A program made the translations under genes and the position numbers. Below are positions 5,215-16,417 of a stretch of 16,417 bases of DNA, in pieces (within the stretch, counting starts at the first letter, position 1; each line of letters begins with the position of its first letter). Under the pieces are notes generated by a model. It made no database searches, was not told the DNA's origin, and was given only the letters and a program-made list of their open reading frames with translations. The stretch lies in contig JAVJWO010000062.1 in assembly GCA_040222015.1 (NCBI GenBank), positions 1 through 16,417 of the forward strand, in the 5' to 3' direction. The stretch is from Coleofasciculus chthonoplastes F2-STO-03. GTDB taxonomy: Bacteria > Cyanobacteriota > Cyanobacteriia > Cyanobacteriales > Coleofasciculaceae.

Positions 5215-8200
5215 CTAAACATCCTCATTCTCCTCATCCTCCACATATTCCGCCGCCAACTCGTCTGAGTTTTCGTCCTCATCCATCAGCGACTCAAAAT
5301 CGCTGGTATCCTCTTCTTCCATACTGTAAGCGCGAGCCGTGCGATCGTCTAGCACTTCTAAGGAATCATCTTGGTCGAATTCACTACTCTCATTCAGATC
5401 GCCAAAATTATACTCAGCGCCGCCATTTGAGGAATCAGCATCGACACCACTGGTTGGGTCTTCATAAGCGTTGTACCCGGTTCCTGCGGGAATCAGGCGA
5501 CCAATAATCACGTTCTCCTTCAGACCCCGTAACCAATCGGATTTCCCTTCAATAGCAGCTTCGGTGAGGACACGAGTGGTTTCCTGGAAGCTAGCGGCGG
5601 AGATGAAGCTATCCGTATTCAGTGAGGCTTTGGTAATCCCCAATAATACCGGCGTATATTGAGCCGGTGCGCCTCCGGTAATTGCCATGGCTTCATTTAC
5701 GGTCTCAATTTGCCGCAACTCCACCAATTCTCCAGGTAGCATTGTGGTATCACCCCCATCATCGACCCGAACTTTAGAGGTCATCTGACGGACAATCACT
5801 TCGATATGCTTGTCCGAGATATCAATTCCCTGGGATTGGTACACCGACTGGACTTCATTAACCAGAAATGCTTGTGCGGCTTGCAGTCCCGCTAAAGCAC
5901 CTTCATAGATTCCCTTTTCTTCCACAGTGAAATTAAAGAAGATCTCCAGAATCTCGTGGGGATTTGCCGGTCCATCAGTTAACGGTTGACCTACCTTAAC
6001 AAACTGAGCATCGGAAACCATCGCGTTTTGTCCCGGACTCACCGGATAATCTGTAATCACCCCTTCCGGTTCAATCACTTTGATATCAACAGTTTCATCT
6101 TCCTCATAAACCACCTGCGTCTCACCGGGACGTCGGGCTAATACACAGGCTTCTTTGGGTCTACGGGCTTCTAGGAGTTCTTCAATCCGGGGTAGTCCTT
6201 GAATAATATCCCCCGTCTTCGCCCGCTCAAACACCAGCAGCACCAGGTTGTCACCCCGTTGCACCAAGTCTCCATTATCAATTTGCAGCACCGCACCGGC
6301 GGACACCCGATAAGGACGTGCGAGTCTCAACGTTACTGAGTCTTCCTTCACTTGGACAACTTGTCCGGATTCGGAGGCTTGCAGATTGGCGGCGAGGAAA
6401 TCAGTCTCCACGACTAAATCTGCCACCTTCACCTGAGGTGTGCCACTAATGGGAACGGTAATCCGATCCGCATCCCGAACCACCAGTACCCGGCGAATGG
6501 CTTCCACCCCTTCGCGAATCCCTCGGACTTCACCGGATTCTTTACACTGAATTTCGGTGCGGGCGACGACGTCTTTGGGCGCAATTTTATCCCCATCGTT
6601 AACTAACAGCCGAGTTTGGGTACTTCCCCCTAAGGGATCAGCCGAGGTATCGCGCCGGATCACCAACGATTCCAGGATTACCAACTGCAACCGCCTGTCC
6701 TCTGGATCATCCGACTCTTCGGTTGTGACTAATTCAATATCAGCAGAAAGCTGAGAGGTGGAATGATCGCCGTCGGACTCATGAGTCATGTCCAAAACGA
6801 GTTGAGTTCGCAGCAACTCTAGTCCTTCAACGGACTTGATCCGCTCTCCATCTTTGTAGGGTAGTCGCTGAATCGTCCGTAGTTCAATCGCGATCGCACT
6901 CTCGCCATCCGACTCACCGCCCTCGGCTGAAGCACCGTTGGCACTGTCGATGGAGGCTTGAGAGGGGACATCGGGTTCATCGGGAATCTTAAACTCTACC
7001 ACAGGTCTGAGCAGTAATGCCATTCCCTCTGGCGTCTCGGCGATTTCCCCATACCGCAGTTCCGCCACGCTTAACCCCGGAACGGGTTCTGTACCCGGAT
7101 GTACCAGCTGACCTTCAGAGGCAAAAGCCTCGGGGACTTCATCCACCAAATGCAAGTCTCCGGGCTTAATCACAATTTCCCGCAGAATGTCATTCTTCTG
7201 CACAACTTCGACAATCCCTCCCGATTGACAGAAGATATCTTTCACCACTTCTGTCCCGGCTTCCACATATTGACCATCTTCCACTAGCAGCAACGAGATA
7301 TCTTTATTAACCTCGTGGCATTCTTCAGGAATCCACAGCAGGGTGCCGCCTTTAGTGACTTCGTATCCTTGCTTGGCTTTACCGCGCTTGGCGACTTCTA
7401 CGCCGCCATACTTAATAATCCCCCCAGTCTGGGTGCGATAGCGATCATCAACCAGCTCCGCTACCACTTGATTATTTAACACTTTTGTGCCTGGGGTTGC
7501 CTTGAGCAAGAAGCGCTGGTTATTGGCGGTGTGAATCACATACTGTTCGCGACCCCCACTACTTTCCATCCGCACCGCCGCTTGGTCTAGGCGTACTGAC
7601 GCGGTGATGATGTCAATTTCCCGCTTGCCCGGTGTCAGTCGCACTACACCACCGTTTTGGCTAACTAACTTGGTTTCTGCTAAAACGGAACCGGGTTCCA
7701 CGGCATCCCCGTTTCTGACCACGGGTTCGGCACCAGGGGGCAGATTATACACCTCTCCTGATAACACCCACAACAAGCCACCGCGCTGGGCAGTGCGGGT
7801 CGTATTCCCTTGGCGATCGGTTTTTTCTTCGGGGATCAAGTCGGCAAACAGAACTTCTCCCGCCAAATCCGAGGCTACGTCTTTCGCGGCTTTTTCCGTA
7901 GACAGGCGAGATTTGCCCAACGCCACTTCTGCTAAAAGCTGTTCTGCTTTTACCTGTTGCCCATCGGTAACTAGGAGGATGGAACCAGGCGTGACCGGAA
8001 CAGTCTTGGCTTTCCCCTTATTGGTGGGTTCCAGAATCAGTTCGCCTGCGACTTCCACCTGTTCGCGCTCTTCACCGTGGCGGGTACGGACACCTCGGGT
8101 TCGCAGACTGCTCGAAAAGCGGACAACACCGTCAAACGCCGCTGAGACTTGGCGGGCGACTTCACCGGTGAATACTCCCCCGGTGTGGAACGTCCGCATG

Positions 8201-9219
8201 GTCAGCTGAGTTCCAGGTTCACCAATGGACTGAGCCGCAATAATACCAACGGCTTCTCCCAAGTCCACCATATGCCCATGGGCCAAACTCCAGCCGTAGC
8301 AATGCTGGCAGACAGAACGCGAGGCTTCACAGGTAAGGGGAGAGCGAACCATCAACTCTTCCACCTCCGCTTTGCCGATGATCTCGGCTAAATCGTCGGA
8401 GATAGCTTGGTTACGTTTGGCGATCACCTCTTTGGTTTTCGGATGCAGCACATCAGCGGCTAGGACTCGCCCCAAGAGACGATCTTGCAGGGGAATCAGC
8501 ACGCGATCGCCATCGGTCATCGCGGTTAGTTGGATGCCTCGGGTTGTCCCACAGTCCACTTCCCGGACAATCACATCCTGAGACACATCCACCAGACGTC
8601 GGGTCAGATACCCGGAGTCAGCCGTTCTCAGGGCGGTATCCACCAGTCCTTTCCGTGCGCCGTAACTGGAAATAATATATTCAGTAACGGTTAACCCTTC
8701 CCGGAAATTGGTCTTGATCGGCAGGTCAATAATTTCCCCTTGCGGATCAGCCATTAGACCCCGCATCCCGACCAATTGGCGCACCTGAGACAAGTTTCCT
8801 CTTGCCCCAGAAAACGCCATCATATAGACCGAATTTAAGGGATCAGTTGCCTTGAAATTGACCACCACTTCATCTTTCAGGGCTTCCGACGTACTATTCC
8901 AGGTATCAATTACTTTCTGGAATCGTTCAACTTCGGTGATTTGTCCCCGACTGTAACGTTCTTCCGTGGCACGAATCTGGGCTTCTGCCGCTTCTAGCAT
9001 CTCACGCTTTTTCGGCGGGACAAGTAAGTCATCGACACTAATCGAAACCCCCGCTTTTGTGGCATAGCGGAATCCTAAATCTTTAAGTTGGTCAGCCATC
9101 TGAGCAGTCCGGGCGCTGCCATACTTAGTAAACGCCCAGGAAATCAGTTTTTTGAGCTGACCTTTATCAACGACTCGATTGTAGAAAATCGATTCTTTTT
9201 GTCCTTTGTCATTCGTCAT
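5215..9219 (-). CDS. rpoC2: DNA-directed RNA polymerase subunit beta'' (cyanobacterial RpoC2)
   Basis: [53 protein letters not shown], large SI3 insertion, [33 protein letters not shown]. Confidence 0.99.
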   Translation of the reverse strand: MTNDKGQKESIFYNRVVDKGQLKKLISWAFTKYGSARTAQMADQLKDLGFRYATKAGVSISVDDLLVPPKKREMLEAAEAQIRATEERYSRGQITEVERFQKVIDTWNSTSEALKDEVVVNFKATDPLNSVYMMAFSGARGNLSQVRQLVGMRGLMADPQGEIIDLPIKTNFREGLTVTEYIISSYGARKGLVDTALRTADSGYLTRRLVDVSQDVIVREVDCGTTRGIQLTAMTDGDRVLIPLQDRLLGRVLAADVLHPKTKEVIAKRNQAISDDLAEIIGKAEVEELMVRSPLTCEASRSVCQHCYGWSLAHGHMVDLGEAVGIIAAQSIGEPGTQLTMRTFHTGGVFTGEVARQVSAAFDGVVRFSSSLRTRGVRTRHGEEREQVEVAGELILEPTNKGKAKTVPVTPGSILLVTDGQQVKAEQLLAEVALGKSRLSTEKAAKDVASDLAGEVLFADLIPEEKTDRQGNTTRTAQRGGLLWVLSGEVYNLPPGAEPVVRNGDAVEPGSVLAETKLVSQNGGVVRLTPGKREIDIITASVRLDQAAVRMESSGGREQYVIHTANNQRFLLKATPGTKVLNNQVVAELVDDRYRTQTGGIIKYGGVEVAKRGKAKQGYEVTKGGTLLWIPEECHEVNKDISLLLVEDGQYVEAGTEVVKDIFCQSGGIVEVVQKNDILREIVIKPGDLHLVDEVPEAFASEGQLVHPGTEPVPGLSVAELRYGEIAETPEGMALLLRPVVEFKIPDEPDVPSQASIDSANGASAEGGESDGESAIAIELRTIQRLPYKDGERIKSVEGLELLRTQLVLDMTHESDGDHSTSQLSADIELVTTEESDDPEDRRLQLVILESLVIRRDTSADPLGGSTQTRLLVNDGDKIAPKDVVARTEIQCKESGEVRGIREGVEAIRRVLVVRDADRITVPISGTPQVKVADLVVETDFLAANLQASESGQVVQVKEDSVTLRLARPYRVSAGAVLQIDNGDLVQRGDNLVLLVFERAKTGDIIQGLPRIEELLEARRPKEACVLARRPGETQVVYEEDETVDIKVIEPEGVITDYPVSPGQNAMVSDAQFVKVGQPLTDGPANPHEILEIFFNFTVEEKGIYEGALAGLQAAQAFLVNEVQSVYQSQGIDISDKHIEVIVRQMTSKVRVDDGGDTTMLPGELVELRQIETVNEAMAITGGAPAQYTPVLLGITKASLNTDSFISAASFQETTRVLTEAAIEGKSDWLRGLKENVIIGRLIPAGTGYNAYEDPTSGVDADSSNGGAEYNFGDLNESSEFDQDDSLEVLDDRTARAYSMEEEDTSDFESLMDEDENSDELAAEYVEDEENEDV

Positions 9220-9262
9220 TTGTCATTCGTCCTTGGTGATTCGTCCTTGGTGATTCGTCCTG
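9200..9262. repeat. STRR-type heptamer tandem repeat, 9 units
   Basis: TGTCCTT TGTCATT CGTCATT TGTCATT CGTCCTT GGTGATT CGTCCTT GGTGATT CGTCCTG. Confidence 0.85.
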
Positions 9263-9271
9263 GGTTTTGGT

Positions 9272-11152
9272 TCAGGTAATCATCAGAGCATCTTGAATCG
9301 CTTTGTTGTAAATAATTCGACCGGGTGTGGTGCGAACGTACTGAGAAATCAGTTCTCCCTCTGCTGTTTGTCGCACACGGCGGTCTTTGTAGACTTTAGT
9401 CACTGTCCCATCTGTAGCGGTTTCTGAGGAAATCACCTGTCCATCATCCGACTTGCCTGACTGAATCGTGCCATCAAACCGCACCCACACATAGGCGTGT
9501 AATTCAACTTGCTGTTGTTCAAAAGCGCGGATGGCATCATCGAGAGAGGCAAAATAGCGACCTTCTTTTTTGGCGTGGGGATTTTCAGCGGTGAGATAAT
9601 AACACCCCAGTACCATATCCTGACTGGGTGCGACAATTGGACGACCCGTTGCTGGCGAGAGAATATTATTGGACGCCAACATTAACAAACGAGCTTCGGC
9701 TTGAGACTCCAAAGACAGGGGAACGTGAACCGCCATCTGGTCACCGTCAAAGTCCGCGTTAAAGGCGGGACAGACTAAGGGATGCAGTTGAATCGCCCGA
9801 CCTTCAACCAAAATCGGTTCAAAGGATTGAATCCCTAAGCGGTGCAGCGTTGGTGCTCGGTTGAGCAAGACGGGATGACCCGCAATCACTTCTTCTAGCA
9901 CGTCCCAAACGCTGGCGTCACCGCGCTGAATCAGTTTTTTGGCGGCTTTAATGTTATTGACTAACCCCTGACTAATCAGGCGATGGATCACAAAGGGTTG
10001 AAACAGTTCAATCGCCATTTCGCGGGGTAAACCGCACTGGTGAATTTTCAGATTCGGACCGACGACGATGACCGAACGTCCGGAGTAATCCACCCGTTTC
10101 CCCAAGAGGTTTTGGCGGAATCGACCCTGTTTCCCTTCAATAATGTCCGACAATGACTTTAATGCCCGATTATTCGCACCCACCACCGTGCGTCCTCGGC
10201 GTCCATTATCAATCAGCGCATCAACGGCTTCTTGCAACATCCGTTTTTCATTACGGACAATAATTTCTGGGGCGAGGATTTCCTGGAGGCGTGCTAAGCG
10301 ATTATTGCGGTTGATCACCCGGCGATACAAGTCATTCAAGTCTGAAGTCGCAAAGCGTCCACCATCGAGCTGAACCATGGGACGCAAATCCGGTGGGATA
10401 ACCGGAATCACCGTCAGCACCATCCACTCGGCTTGGGACCCGGTGGCGATAAAGTTATCAATCACCCGCAGTCGCTTAATCAGCTTTGCCCGCTTTTGAC
10501 CTTTGGCGTTGCTGATGTCCTCGCGCAGCTTTTCCGCTTCGCTGTCTAAGTTGACATCTTGCAAGAGTCGTTGTAGAGCTTCTGCACCAATGCCCACTTC
10601 TACGCCATTCAGTTCGGAGTCTTCGCTGTAAAGTTGCTCCTCAATTTCCAGCCATTGGTCTTCAGTCAATAGCTGTTTATAGCTGAGATTTTCAGCATTC
10701 CCTGGACTCAGAACAACATAAGCATTGAAATAAACAATCTGCTCAACATCCCGCAACGGCATATCCAAGAGAATACTCAGGTAACTGGGAATTCCTTTGA
10801 GATACCAGACATGTGCCACAGGCGCCGCCAGTTTAATAAACCCCATGCGATGTCGTCGTACCCGCGACTCCGTGACTTCCACGCCGCAGCGTTCACAAAC
10901 AATCCCACGATGACGAACTCGTTTGTATTTGCCGCAGTGACATTCCCAGTCTTTTGCTGGACCAAAAATCCGCTCACAGAACAACCCGTCCATTTCGGGT
11001 TTGAGCGTGCGATAGTTAATCGTTTCTGGTTTCGTCACTTCCCCTACAACTTGACCATTCGGTAGGGTACGTTCTCCCCATATACGGATGCGCTCCGGAG
11101 AGGCAATTCCAATTTTTACGTAGTCAAAGCGCTGTTCTTGTTGCTGTTTCAT
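9272..11152 (-). CDS. rpoC1: DNA-directed RNA polymerase subunit gamma (RpoC1)
   Basis: [13 protein letters not shown], Zn-finger CHCGKYK..CERC, catalytic [16 protein letters not shown]. Confidence 0.99.
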   Translation of the reverse strand: MKQQQEQRFDYVKIGIASPERIRIWGERTLPNGQVVGEVTKPETINYRTLKPEMDGLFCERIFGPAKDWECHCGKYKRVRHRGIVCERCGVEVTESRVRRHRMGFIKLAAPVAHVWYLKGIPSYLSILLDMPLRDVEQIVYFNAYVVLSPGNAENLSYKQLLTEDQWLEIEEQLYSEDSELNGVEVGIGAEALQRLLQDVNLDSEAEKLREDISNAKGQKRAKLIKRLRVIDNFIATGSQAEWMVLTVIPVIPPDLRPMVQLDGGRFATSDLNDLYRRVINRNNRLARLQEILAPEIIVRNEKRMLQEAVDALIDNGRRGRTVVGANNRALKSLSDIIEGKQGRFRQNLLGKRVDYSGRSVIVVGPNLKIHQCGLPREMAIELFQPFVIHRLISQGLVNNIKAAKKLIQRGDASVWDVLEEVIAGHPVLLNRAPTLHRLGIQSFEPILVEGRAIQLHPLVCPAFNADFDGDQMAVHVPLSLESQAEARLLMLASNNILSPATGRPIVAPSQDMVLGCYYLTAENPHAKKEGRYFASLDDAIRAFEQQQVELHAYVWVRFDGTIQSGKSDDGQVISSETATDGTVTKVYKDRRVRQTAEGELISQYVRTTPGRIIYNKAIQDALMIT

Positions 11153-11174
11153 CTTCCAGGGTTTTTAGGGTTTC

Positions 11175-11306
11175 AGACGTGCCATGGCGCGTCTTGAATT
11201 TTGAATGGGTAGGGGCGGGTTTGACGACTATCGTGTTTTGTTCACCCAGATGTAACTCAACCCGCCTCGACTGGATGTAGAGACGCGCCATGGCGCGTCT
11301 CTACAT
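11175..11306. repeat. Cluster of three REP-like elements in the rpoB-rpoC1 spacer
   Basis: Degenerate AGACGTGCCATGGCGCGTCT at 11175-11194; GTAGGGGCGGGTTT...AACCCGCCTCGAC at 11209-11271; perfect ATGTAGAGACGCGCCATGGCGCGTCTCTACAT at 11275-11306. Confidence 0.85.
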
Positions 11307-11324
11307 TATTCAACGAGAGAGAAC

Positions 11325-14300
11325 TTATAACTCTTCTTCTTCGAGTTCCTCACTGCGGAGGGATTCATAAGTGGGTCGGCTGGGGGTACGACGGCGGTCG
11401 CCATCTGCCATCAAATCAACTTCTAAATCACGGCTAGAGCCATCGTCATCGGTTTCTACTTTGTGAACGGCAATATCCAGTCCCAAGGATTGCAGTTCTC
11501 GCATCAACACCTTAAAGGATTCCGGCGTACCGGGTCGGGGAATCGCCTTGCCTTTGACAATAGCGTTAAGGGCTTCATTACGACCCTGCATATCGTCCGA
11601 TTTCACGGTGAGTAACTCTTGCAGGGTATAAGCCGCACCAAAAGCCTCCAATGCCCAGACTTCCATTTCACCAAATCGCTGACCGCCCTGCTGCGCCTTA
11701 CCTCCCAAGGGTTGCTGAGTAACCAGGGAATAAGGTCCAGTGGAACGAGCATGAATCTTATCATCAACCAAGTGAACCAGTTTTAACATATAGGCGATAC
11801 CGATTGTCACCGGACGATCAAAGGCTTCGCCCGTGCGACCATCAAATACCTGGATTTTGCCCGGATTGTCTGGATCAAATACCCAATCTTGCTGAGTTTC
11901 TTCCCGGGCTTGCTGGAGTTTGCCGTGAACGGTTAGCCGGGATGCTTCTTCCCCATACATTTCATCAAAGGGAATCATTTTAAATCGCAGTCCCAAGTTT
12001 TCACCCGCCCATCCCAGTAAACATTCAAAGACTTGACCGACATTCATCCGACTGGGAACGCCCAAGGGATTGAGAACAATGTCGAGGGGAGTGCCATCAG
12101 GGAGGTAGGGCATATCTTCCATCGGCAGAATCCGGGAAATAATCCCCTTATTGCCGTGACGGCCTGCCATTTTATCACCCACCTGAATCTTGCGCTTCTG
12201 TGCCACATAGACGCGCACTACCATGTTGGCACCAGGGGGGAGTTCATCGCCTTGCTCACGGGTAAAGATGCGGACATCCACAACCCGACCTTTTTCGCCA
12301 TTGGGAACACGCAAGGAATTGTCACGCACATCCCGGGCTTTTTCTCCGAAAATTGCCCGGAGTAGCTTTTCTTCGGGGGGTTGGTCGGATTCGCCTTTGG
12401 GTGTCACTTTACCGACAAGAATATCTCCGGCTTCTACCCACGCTCCGATCCGAATAATCCCTTGTTCGTCGAGTTGGCGCAGCGAATCTTCCCCCACGTT
12501 GGGAATTTCACGGGTGATTTCTTCGGGTCCGAGTTTGGTTTGTCGGGCTTCAATTTCGTATTTTTCAATGTGAATACTGGTGTACACATCATCCAACACC
12601 AGTCGTTCACTAATCAGGATGGCGTCTTCGTAGTTGTAGCCTTCCCAAGGCATATATGCCACCAGAATGTTCTGTCCTAATGCCAGTTCTCCTCCTTCAG
12701 TGGCTGAACCGTCAGCCAGGATTTGACCCGCTTCTACGTCATCTCCGTAAAAAACTAACGGACGCTGATTTAAGCAGGTGTCTTGGTTAGACCGCTGATA
12801 TTTCTGGATTTCATACTCGATGATTTCTGGTTTGCTGGTTTGGGCTGTCTCTGGGCTGTCTCCGGGCAAGGCGGGGGTGCTGGGAGCAGTTCGTACACGA
12901 ATTTTGGTGGCATCTACATAAACGACCTCACCGGCTTTCCGTGAGACAATCACCATACCTGAATCTCGTGCGGCTTGGGCTTCCAAGCCTGTACCCACCA
13001 AGGGGCGTTCTGGACGCAACAAGGGGACGGCTTGCCGTTGCATGTTTGAACCCATCAGGGCGCGGTTGGCGTCATCATGTTCCAGGAAGGGAATTAATGA
13101 GGTTGCCACGGAGATAATTTGTACCGGGGATACCGCCACAAAGTCTACCTGATCAGGGGTGGTGGTGGTGAATTCTTGGCGATAGCGCACGGGAACGGAT
13201 TCGCCCAAGATATAGCCATTTTCATCCATGGGGATGTCACCAGGAGCAACGCGCTTGTCGTCCTCTTGATCAGCGGTCATATAAAGCGGCGCTTTGTCTT
13301 TGATCACCCGCCCGTTTTCTACGGGGTACGAGGGGGTTTCAATAAAGCCGTAGGGATTAACTCGTGCATGGGTTGCCAAGGAACCAATTAGACCGGCGTT
13401 GGGTCCTTCTGGGGTTTCGATGGGGCAAATTCGTCCATAGTGAGAGGGGTGAATATCTCGCACGGCAAACCCTGCCCGTTCCCGGGTTAAGCCACCGGGT
13501 CCCAAGGCAGATAAACGGCGTTTGTGGGTTAACTCAGCTAGGGGATTGGTCTGATCCATGAACTGGGATAGCTGAGATGAGCCAAAGAATTCTTTAATCG
13601 CCGCGACTAGGGGTTTGGGGTTGACCAAGGAGGCGGGGGTTAGGGTATCGGAATCAGAAACGGTCATTCGCTCCCGAATAATTCGCTCTAAGCGATTCAA
13701 TCCCACCCGAACCTGGTTTTGCAGGAGTTCACCCACGGAACGAACCCGGCGGTTCCCCAAATGGTCGATATCGTCGGTGTTGCCAATATCAAATTCCAGG
13801 TTGATCAGGTAATCGATCGCGCTCATAATATCTTGGGGCGTCAGCACGCGGATTGTATCGGCAACATTTAAGCGCAATTTGCGGTTAATTTTGTAGCGGC
13901 CGACACGACCGAGATCGTAACGTTTGGCGTCGAAAAAGCGTGAGTCTAATAACTGCTGACCCCCGCTTACTGTCGGCGGTTCACCTGGACGGAGCTTGCG
14001 ATATAGCTCCATCAGGGCTTCTTCTTCACTGGGATTGCCTTCTTTGTCTAAGGTCTTTTGATAATAGTCCGGGTGACGCAGGGCATCGATAATTTCGTTG
14101 TCCGAGAGTCCTAGGGCTTTTAAGAGAACTTGGGCAGACAGTTTCCGGGTTTTGTCGATACGAACCCAGACTAAATCATTTTTGTCGGTTTCAAATTTTA
14201 ACCAAGCGCCTCGGTTGGGGATTAAAGACGCGGAGTAGGTACGGCGTCCGTTTTTGTCGATTTCAGACTTATAGTATACGCCGGGACTGCGGACAATTTG

Positions 14301-14675
14301 ATTGACAATGACCCGCTCGGCACCATTAATAATAAACGTACCGCGATCAGTCATCAGGGGCAGATCGCCAATAAAGACTTCTTGCTCCTTAATCTCACCC
14401 GTCTCTTTGTTGATCAGGCGAGTGGGTACATACATTTGCACGGCATAAGTGCTGTCTCGCCGCTTGGCTTCATCCACATCATATTTAGGGCGCTTGAGCT
14501 TATAGTTTTTGCCGATAAAGTGGAGTTCCAGCTTACCCGTGTAGTCACTAATCGGTGAGAAGCTGTCGAGTTCTTCAATTAACCCTTCTTCAAGAAACCA
14601 GCGAAAACTGGCTCGCTGAATTTCAACTAAGTCTGGTAATAGATAGGTGGGAGTTGTATAAGTTTGAGTAGTCAT
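11325..14675 (-). CDS. rpoB: DNA-directed RNA polymerase subunit beta
   Basis: [79 protein letters not shown]. Confidence 0.99.
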   Translation of the reverse strand: MTTQTYTTPTYLLPDLVEIQRASFRWFLEEGLIEELDSFSPISDYTGKLELHFIGKNYKLKRPKYDVDEAKRRDSTYAVQMYVPTRLINKETGEIKEQEVFIGDLPLMTDRGTFIINGAERVIVNQIVRSPGVYYKSEIDKNGRRTYSASLIPNRGAWLKFETDKNDLVWVRIDKTRKLSAQVLLKALGLSDNEIIDALRHPDYYQKTLDKEGNPSEEEALMELYRKLRPGEPPTVSGGQQLLDSRFFDAKRYDLGRVGRYKINRKLRLNVADTIRVLTPQDIMSAIDYLINLEFDIGNTDDIDHLGNRRVRSVGELLQNQVRVGLNRLERIIRERMTVSDSDTLTPASLVNPKPLVAAIKEFFGSSQLSQFMDQTNPLAELTHKRRLSALGPGGLTRERAGFAVRDIHPSHYGRICPIETPEGPNAGLIGSLATHARVNPYGFIETPSYPVENGRVIKDKAPLYMTADQEDDKRVAPGDIPMDENGYILGESVPVRYRQEFTTTTPDQVDFVAVSPVQIISVATSLIPFLEHDDANRALMGSNMQRQAVPLLRPERPLVGTGLEAQAARDSGMVIVSRKAGEVVYVDATKIRVRTAPSTPALPGDSPETAQTSKPEIIEYEIQKYQRSNQDTCLNQRPLVFYGDDVEAGQILADGSATEGGELALGQNILVAYMPWEGYNYEDAILISERLVLDDVYTSIHIEKYEIEARQTKLGPEEITREIPNVGEDSLRQLDEQGIIRIGAWVEAGDILVGKVTPKGESDQPPEEKLLRAIFGEKARDVRDNSLRVPNGEKGRVVDVRIFTREQGDELPPGANMVVRVYVAQKRKIQVGDKMAGRHGNKGIISRILPMEDMPYLPDGTPLDIVLNPLGVPSRMNVGQVFECLLGWAGENLGLRFKMIPFDEMYGEEASRLTVHGKLQQAREETQQDWVFDPDNPGKIQVFDGRTGEAFDRPVTIGIAYMLKLVHLVDDKIHARSTGPYSLVTQQPLGGKAQQGGQRFGEMEVWALEAFGAAYTLQELLTVKSDDMQGRNEALNAIVKGKAIPRPGTPESFKVLMRELQSLGLDIAVHKVETDDDGSSRDLEVDLMADGDRRRTPSRPTYESLRSEELEEEEL

Positions 14676-15105
14676 GCTTTTCCTTCTGGAGAGGGTGAAT
14701 CAGCGTCAGGATGGGCTTCACAGCCAAGGTAGAGGCGGAATTTGCTCCTCTAGTCAGCAATCCTGAGCAATACGATAGTATGATTGGCTATATCTATCGG
14801 GGTAGATATTAGACAGCGTCTAGCGCTGCTAAGCCGAGAATTTTTACCTCAAAGAAGCAATAAGAGAGTCTGAGGATAATAACGACTGTCTTAATAATCG
14901 GCGGGAGCGTTTTAATGATAATGATGATACAGGGGTTGATCTACAATTAGATAGAGTCGGCGGCATCTTCTCCTCGTGGGCAGTTGGGTATCGATTAAGG
15001 ATTGTTTCGGGGTAGGCAGTGATGGCGGGATAAAACTTGAGAAAATTTTATACATAGTAACTCTTCTTAATCAATTATGGCGCAAGCTGTCTGTTAAGGG
15101 GAGAT

Positions 15106-15167
15106 GGGGGAGCAGGGGAAGCAGGGGAAGCAGGGGGAGCAGGGGGAGCAGGGGGAGCAGGGGAAGC
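15106..15167. repeat. G-rich 9-bp tandem repeat, 7 units
   Basis: (GGGG[G/A]AGCA)x7 in the tatD-rpoB spacer. Confidence 0.9.
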
Positions 15168-15269
15168 GATAGTGAAAAATTAATAGGTTGCCCTATTAAT
15201 CCTCTTTTTGACCCCTTCGCCGAGCTGATCAAATAGACTGGTTAACGGCTGGCGATCGCATTCCTCTAG

Positions 15270-16073
15270 CTAGTTACTAGCGGCACTCGGCAGGCTTAGA
15301 TTAAACAGCCGACAGGCATTCTGGGTGGTTTCTTGTGCCAAGGTTTCCAGGGGAATCTGCCGCAGTTTGGCAACACAATCGGCAACATGGTACACGTTAG
15401 CGGGTTCATTGCGCTTCCCCCGTTTGGGTACGGGGGCGAGGAACGGACAATCTGTTTCAATCAGCAGGCGATCACTTGGCACTAGGGCGGCTGATTCTTT
15501 GATGGCTGTGGCGTTTTTAAAGGTGACAATACCACTGAAGCTAATATAAAAGCCTAGATCCAAAAACCACTGAGTCTCCTCAGGCGTTCCCCCCCAACAA
15601 TGCATCACACCCCGAATGGGTCCCACCTCTTGACAAAACTGCTTCACCTGATCACGAAGATCGGCGGCGGCGTCGCGACAGTGAATAATCACGGGTAAGT
15701 TAAGCTCGTGGGCGATCGCAAGTTGTGCAGCGAATACCTGCTTTTGCTGGTCTTTGTTTTCGGCTTTGTAGAAATCTAACCCCATTTCCCCAATTGCCAC
15801 AACTCGGGCATCGGAATCAGCTAAGGCGCGAATTTGATCCGCCATTGGGGGCGTCCATTTGTGGGCATCTAGGGGATGTAAGCCAACGGCAAAAGACAGT
15901 TCCGGGAATTGGTTAGCCAACGTTTGTATCCCTGAAAACTCTGAAGGTTCGACACAGGAATGAACCAGCCGCACGACGCCGACATCCCGCCAGCGATCGC
16001 GCACCGCTTCTCGATCAGACTCGAAGACATCGAAGTTGATATGAACATGGGTGTCTATCAACTGCATTGACAT
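15270..16073 (-). CDS. tatD: TatD family hydrolase/DNase
   Basis: [62 protein letters not shown] at 16087-16083 favours ATG 16073 (alternative 16067). Position upstream of rpoB is typical of cyanobacteria. Confidence 0.95.
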   Translation of the reverse strand: MSMQLIDTHVHINFDVFESDREAVRDRWRDVGVVRLVHSCVEPSEFSGIQTLANQFPELSFAVGLHPLDAHKWTPPMADQIRALADSDARVVAIGEMGLDFYKAENKDQQKQVFAAQLAIAHELNLPVIIHCRDAAADLRDQVKQFCQEVGPIRGVMHCWGGTPEETQWFLDLGFYISFSGIVTFKNATAIKESAALVPSDRLLIETDCPFLAPVPKRGKRNEPANVYHVADCVAKLRQIPLETLAQETTQNACRLFNLSLPSAASN

Positions 16074-16322
16074 TGTGTTTGTCCTCCCCCGCTCAATTCT
16101 TACCCAAGACCAACCCAATGAACTAACATTTTTCCTAGCTTAGAGCTTATTTTTGAGTTAACACGCTTAAAATCGGGTGTCACTCACATCTTGCACCCGT
16201 CTTACCAACCCCGTTAAACCCTAGACTCAAAGCTCAAACCCGCTCAAGCTTACTGGATAAGGGTTTGCGGGCGTTCACCCGCCTCAGCCTCAGTGAGCTA
16301 ACCGCAGAAATATACTGACTAG

Positions 16323-16417
16323 GTGACGTCCTCCTACACCGACCCTACGGGTACAGTTGTAGGCTTCCTTTGGGGTTCCGTTTCAGAACGACGCTTCCGG
16401 CGTTTTATAGTGGGGAA
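16323..16417 (-). mobile_element. Right end of a second copy of the IS200/IS605-type element (truncated by the window edge)
   Basis: 94/95 nt identical to 4901-4995, with a single G/A difference at 4933/16355; same orientation. Confidence 0.85.

Noticed and set aside
9199..9212. 13/14 match of the predicted copy-1 guide (TTGTCCTTTGTGAT) to the rpoC2 start region
   Set aside because: Both are low-complexity STRR-like heptamer sequence, and the adjacent 5' bases are TCTTT rather than the inferred TTAG TAM, so chance is likely.
5471..14558. Numerous antisense or alternate-frame ORFs inside rpoC2, rpoC1 and rpoB
   Set aside because: They are shadow ORFs of conserved genes with no independent evidence. 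No intein or intron was seen in the rpo genes.
14676..15100. Structured leader or riboswitch upstream of rpoB
   Set aside because: Only short weak hairpins are visible and no known motif is recognisable without a covariance search.
14976..15236. 86-aa ORF with GSR repeats
   Set aside because: It is a translation of the 9-bp tandem repeat, antisense to the cluster.
16230..16275. Imperfect inverted repeat CCCGC...CTTACTGGATAAG...GCGGG upstream of tatD
   Set aside because: Too imperfect to assign as a terminator or recombination site from one copy.

Overview
Cyanobacterial chromosomal window, judged from the split rpoC1/rpoC2, many HIP1 GCGATCGC sites and STRR-type heptamers; a filamentous lineage is likely. 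The right 13 kb holds a core minus-strand cluster, tatD-rpoB-rpoC1-rpoC2, followed by a family-5 ABC substrate-binding lipoprotein. The left 3 kb is accessory: a hypothetical gene, a REP-associated tyrosine transposase (RAYT) and a Phd/ParE-type toxin-antitoxin pair, separated by HIP1-anchored repeat clusters. Three things stand out. (1) A ~314-bp protein-free IS200/IS605-type mini-element sits at the rpoC2 stop codon. It has a candidate internal promoter and a TnpB omegaRNA-like structured right end, and a second near-identical copy with a different flank lies at the window edge. (2) Three copies of a GTAG REP each carry a one-sided tandem array of their distal arm, with 22-bp units outside the RAYT gene and in-frame 18-bp units inside it. 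(3) Four 25-nt double-hairpin elements are inserted into HIP1 sites.
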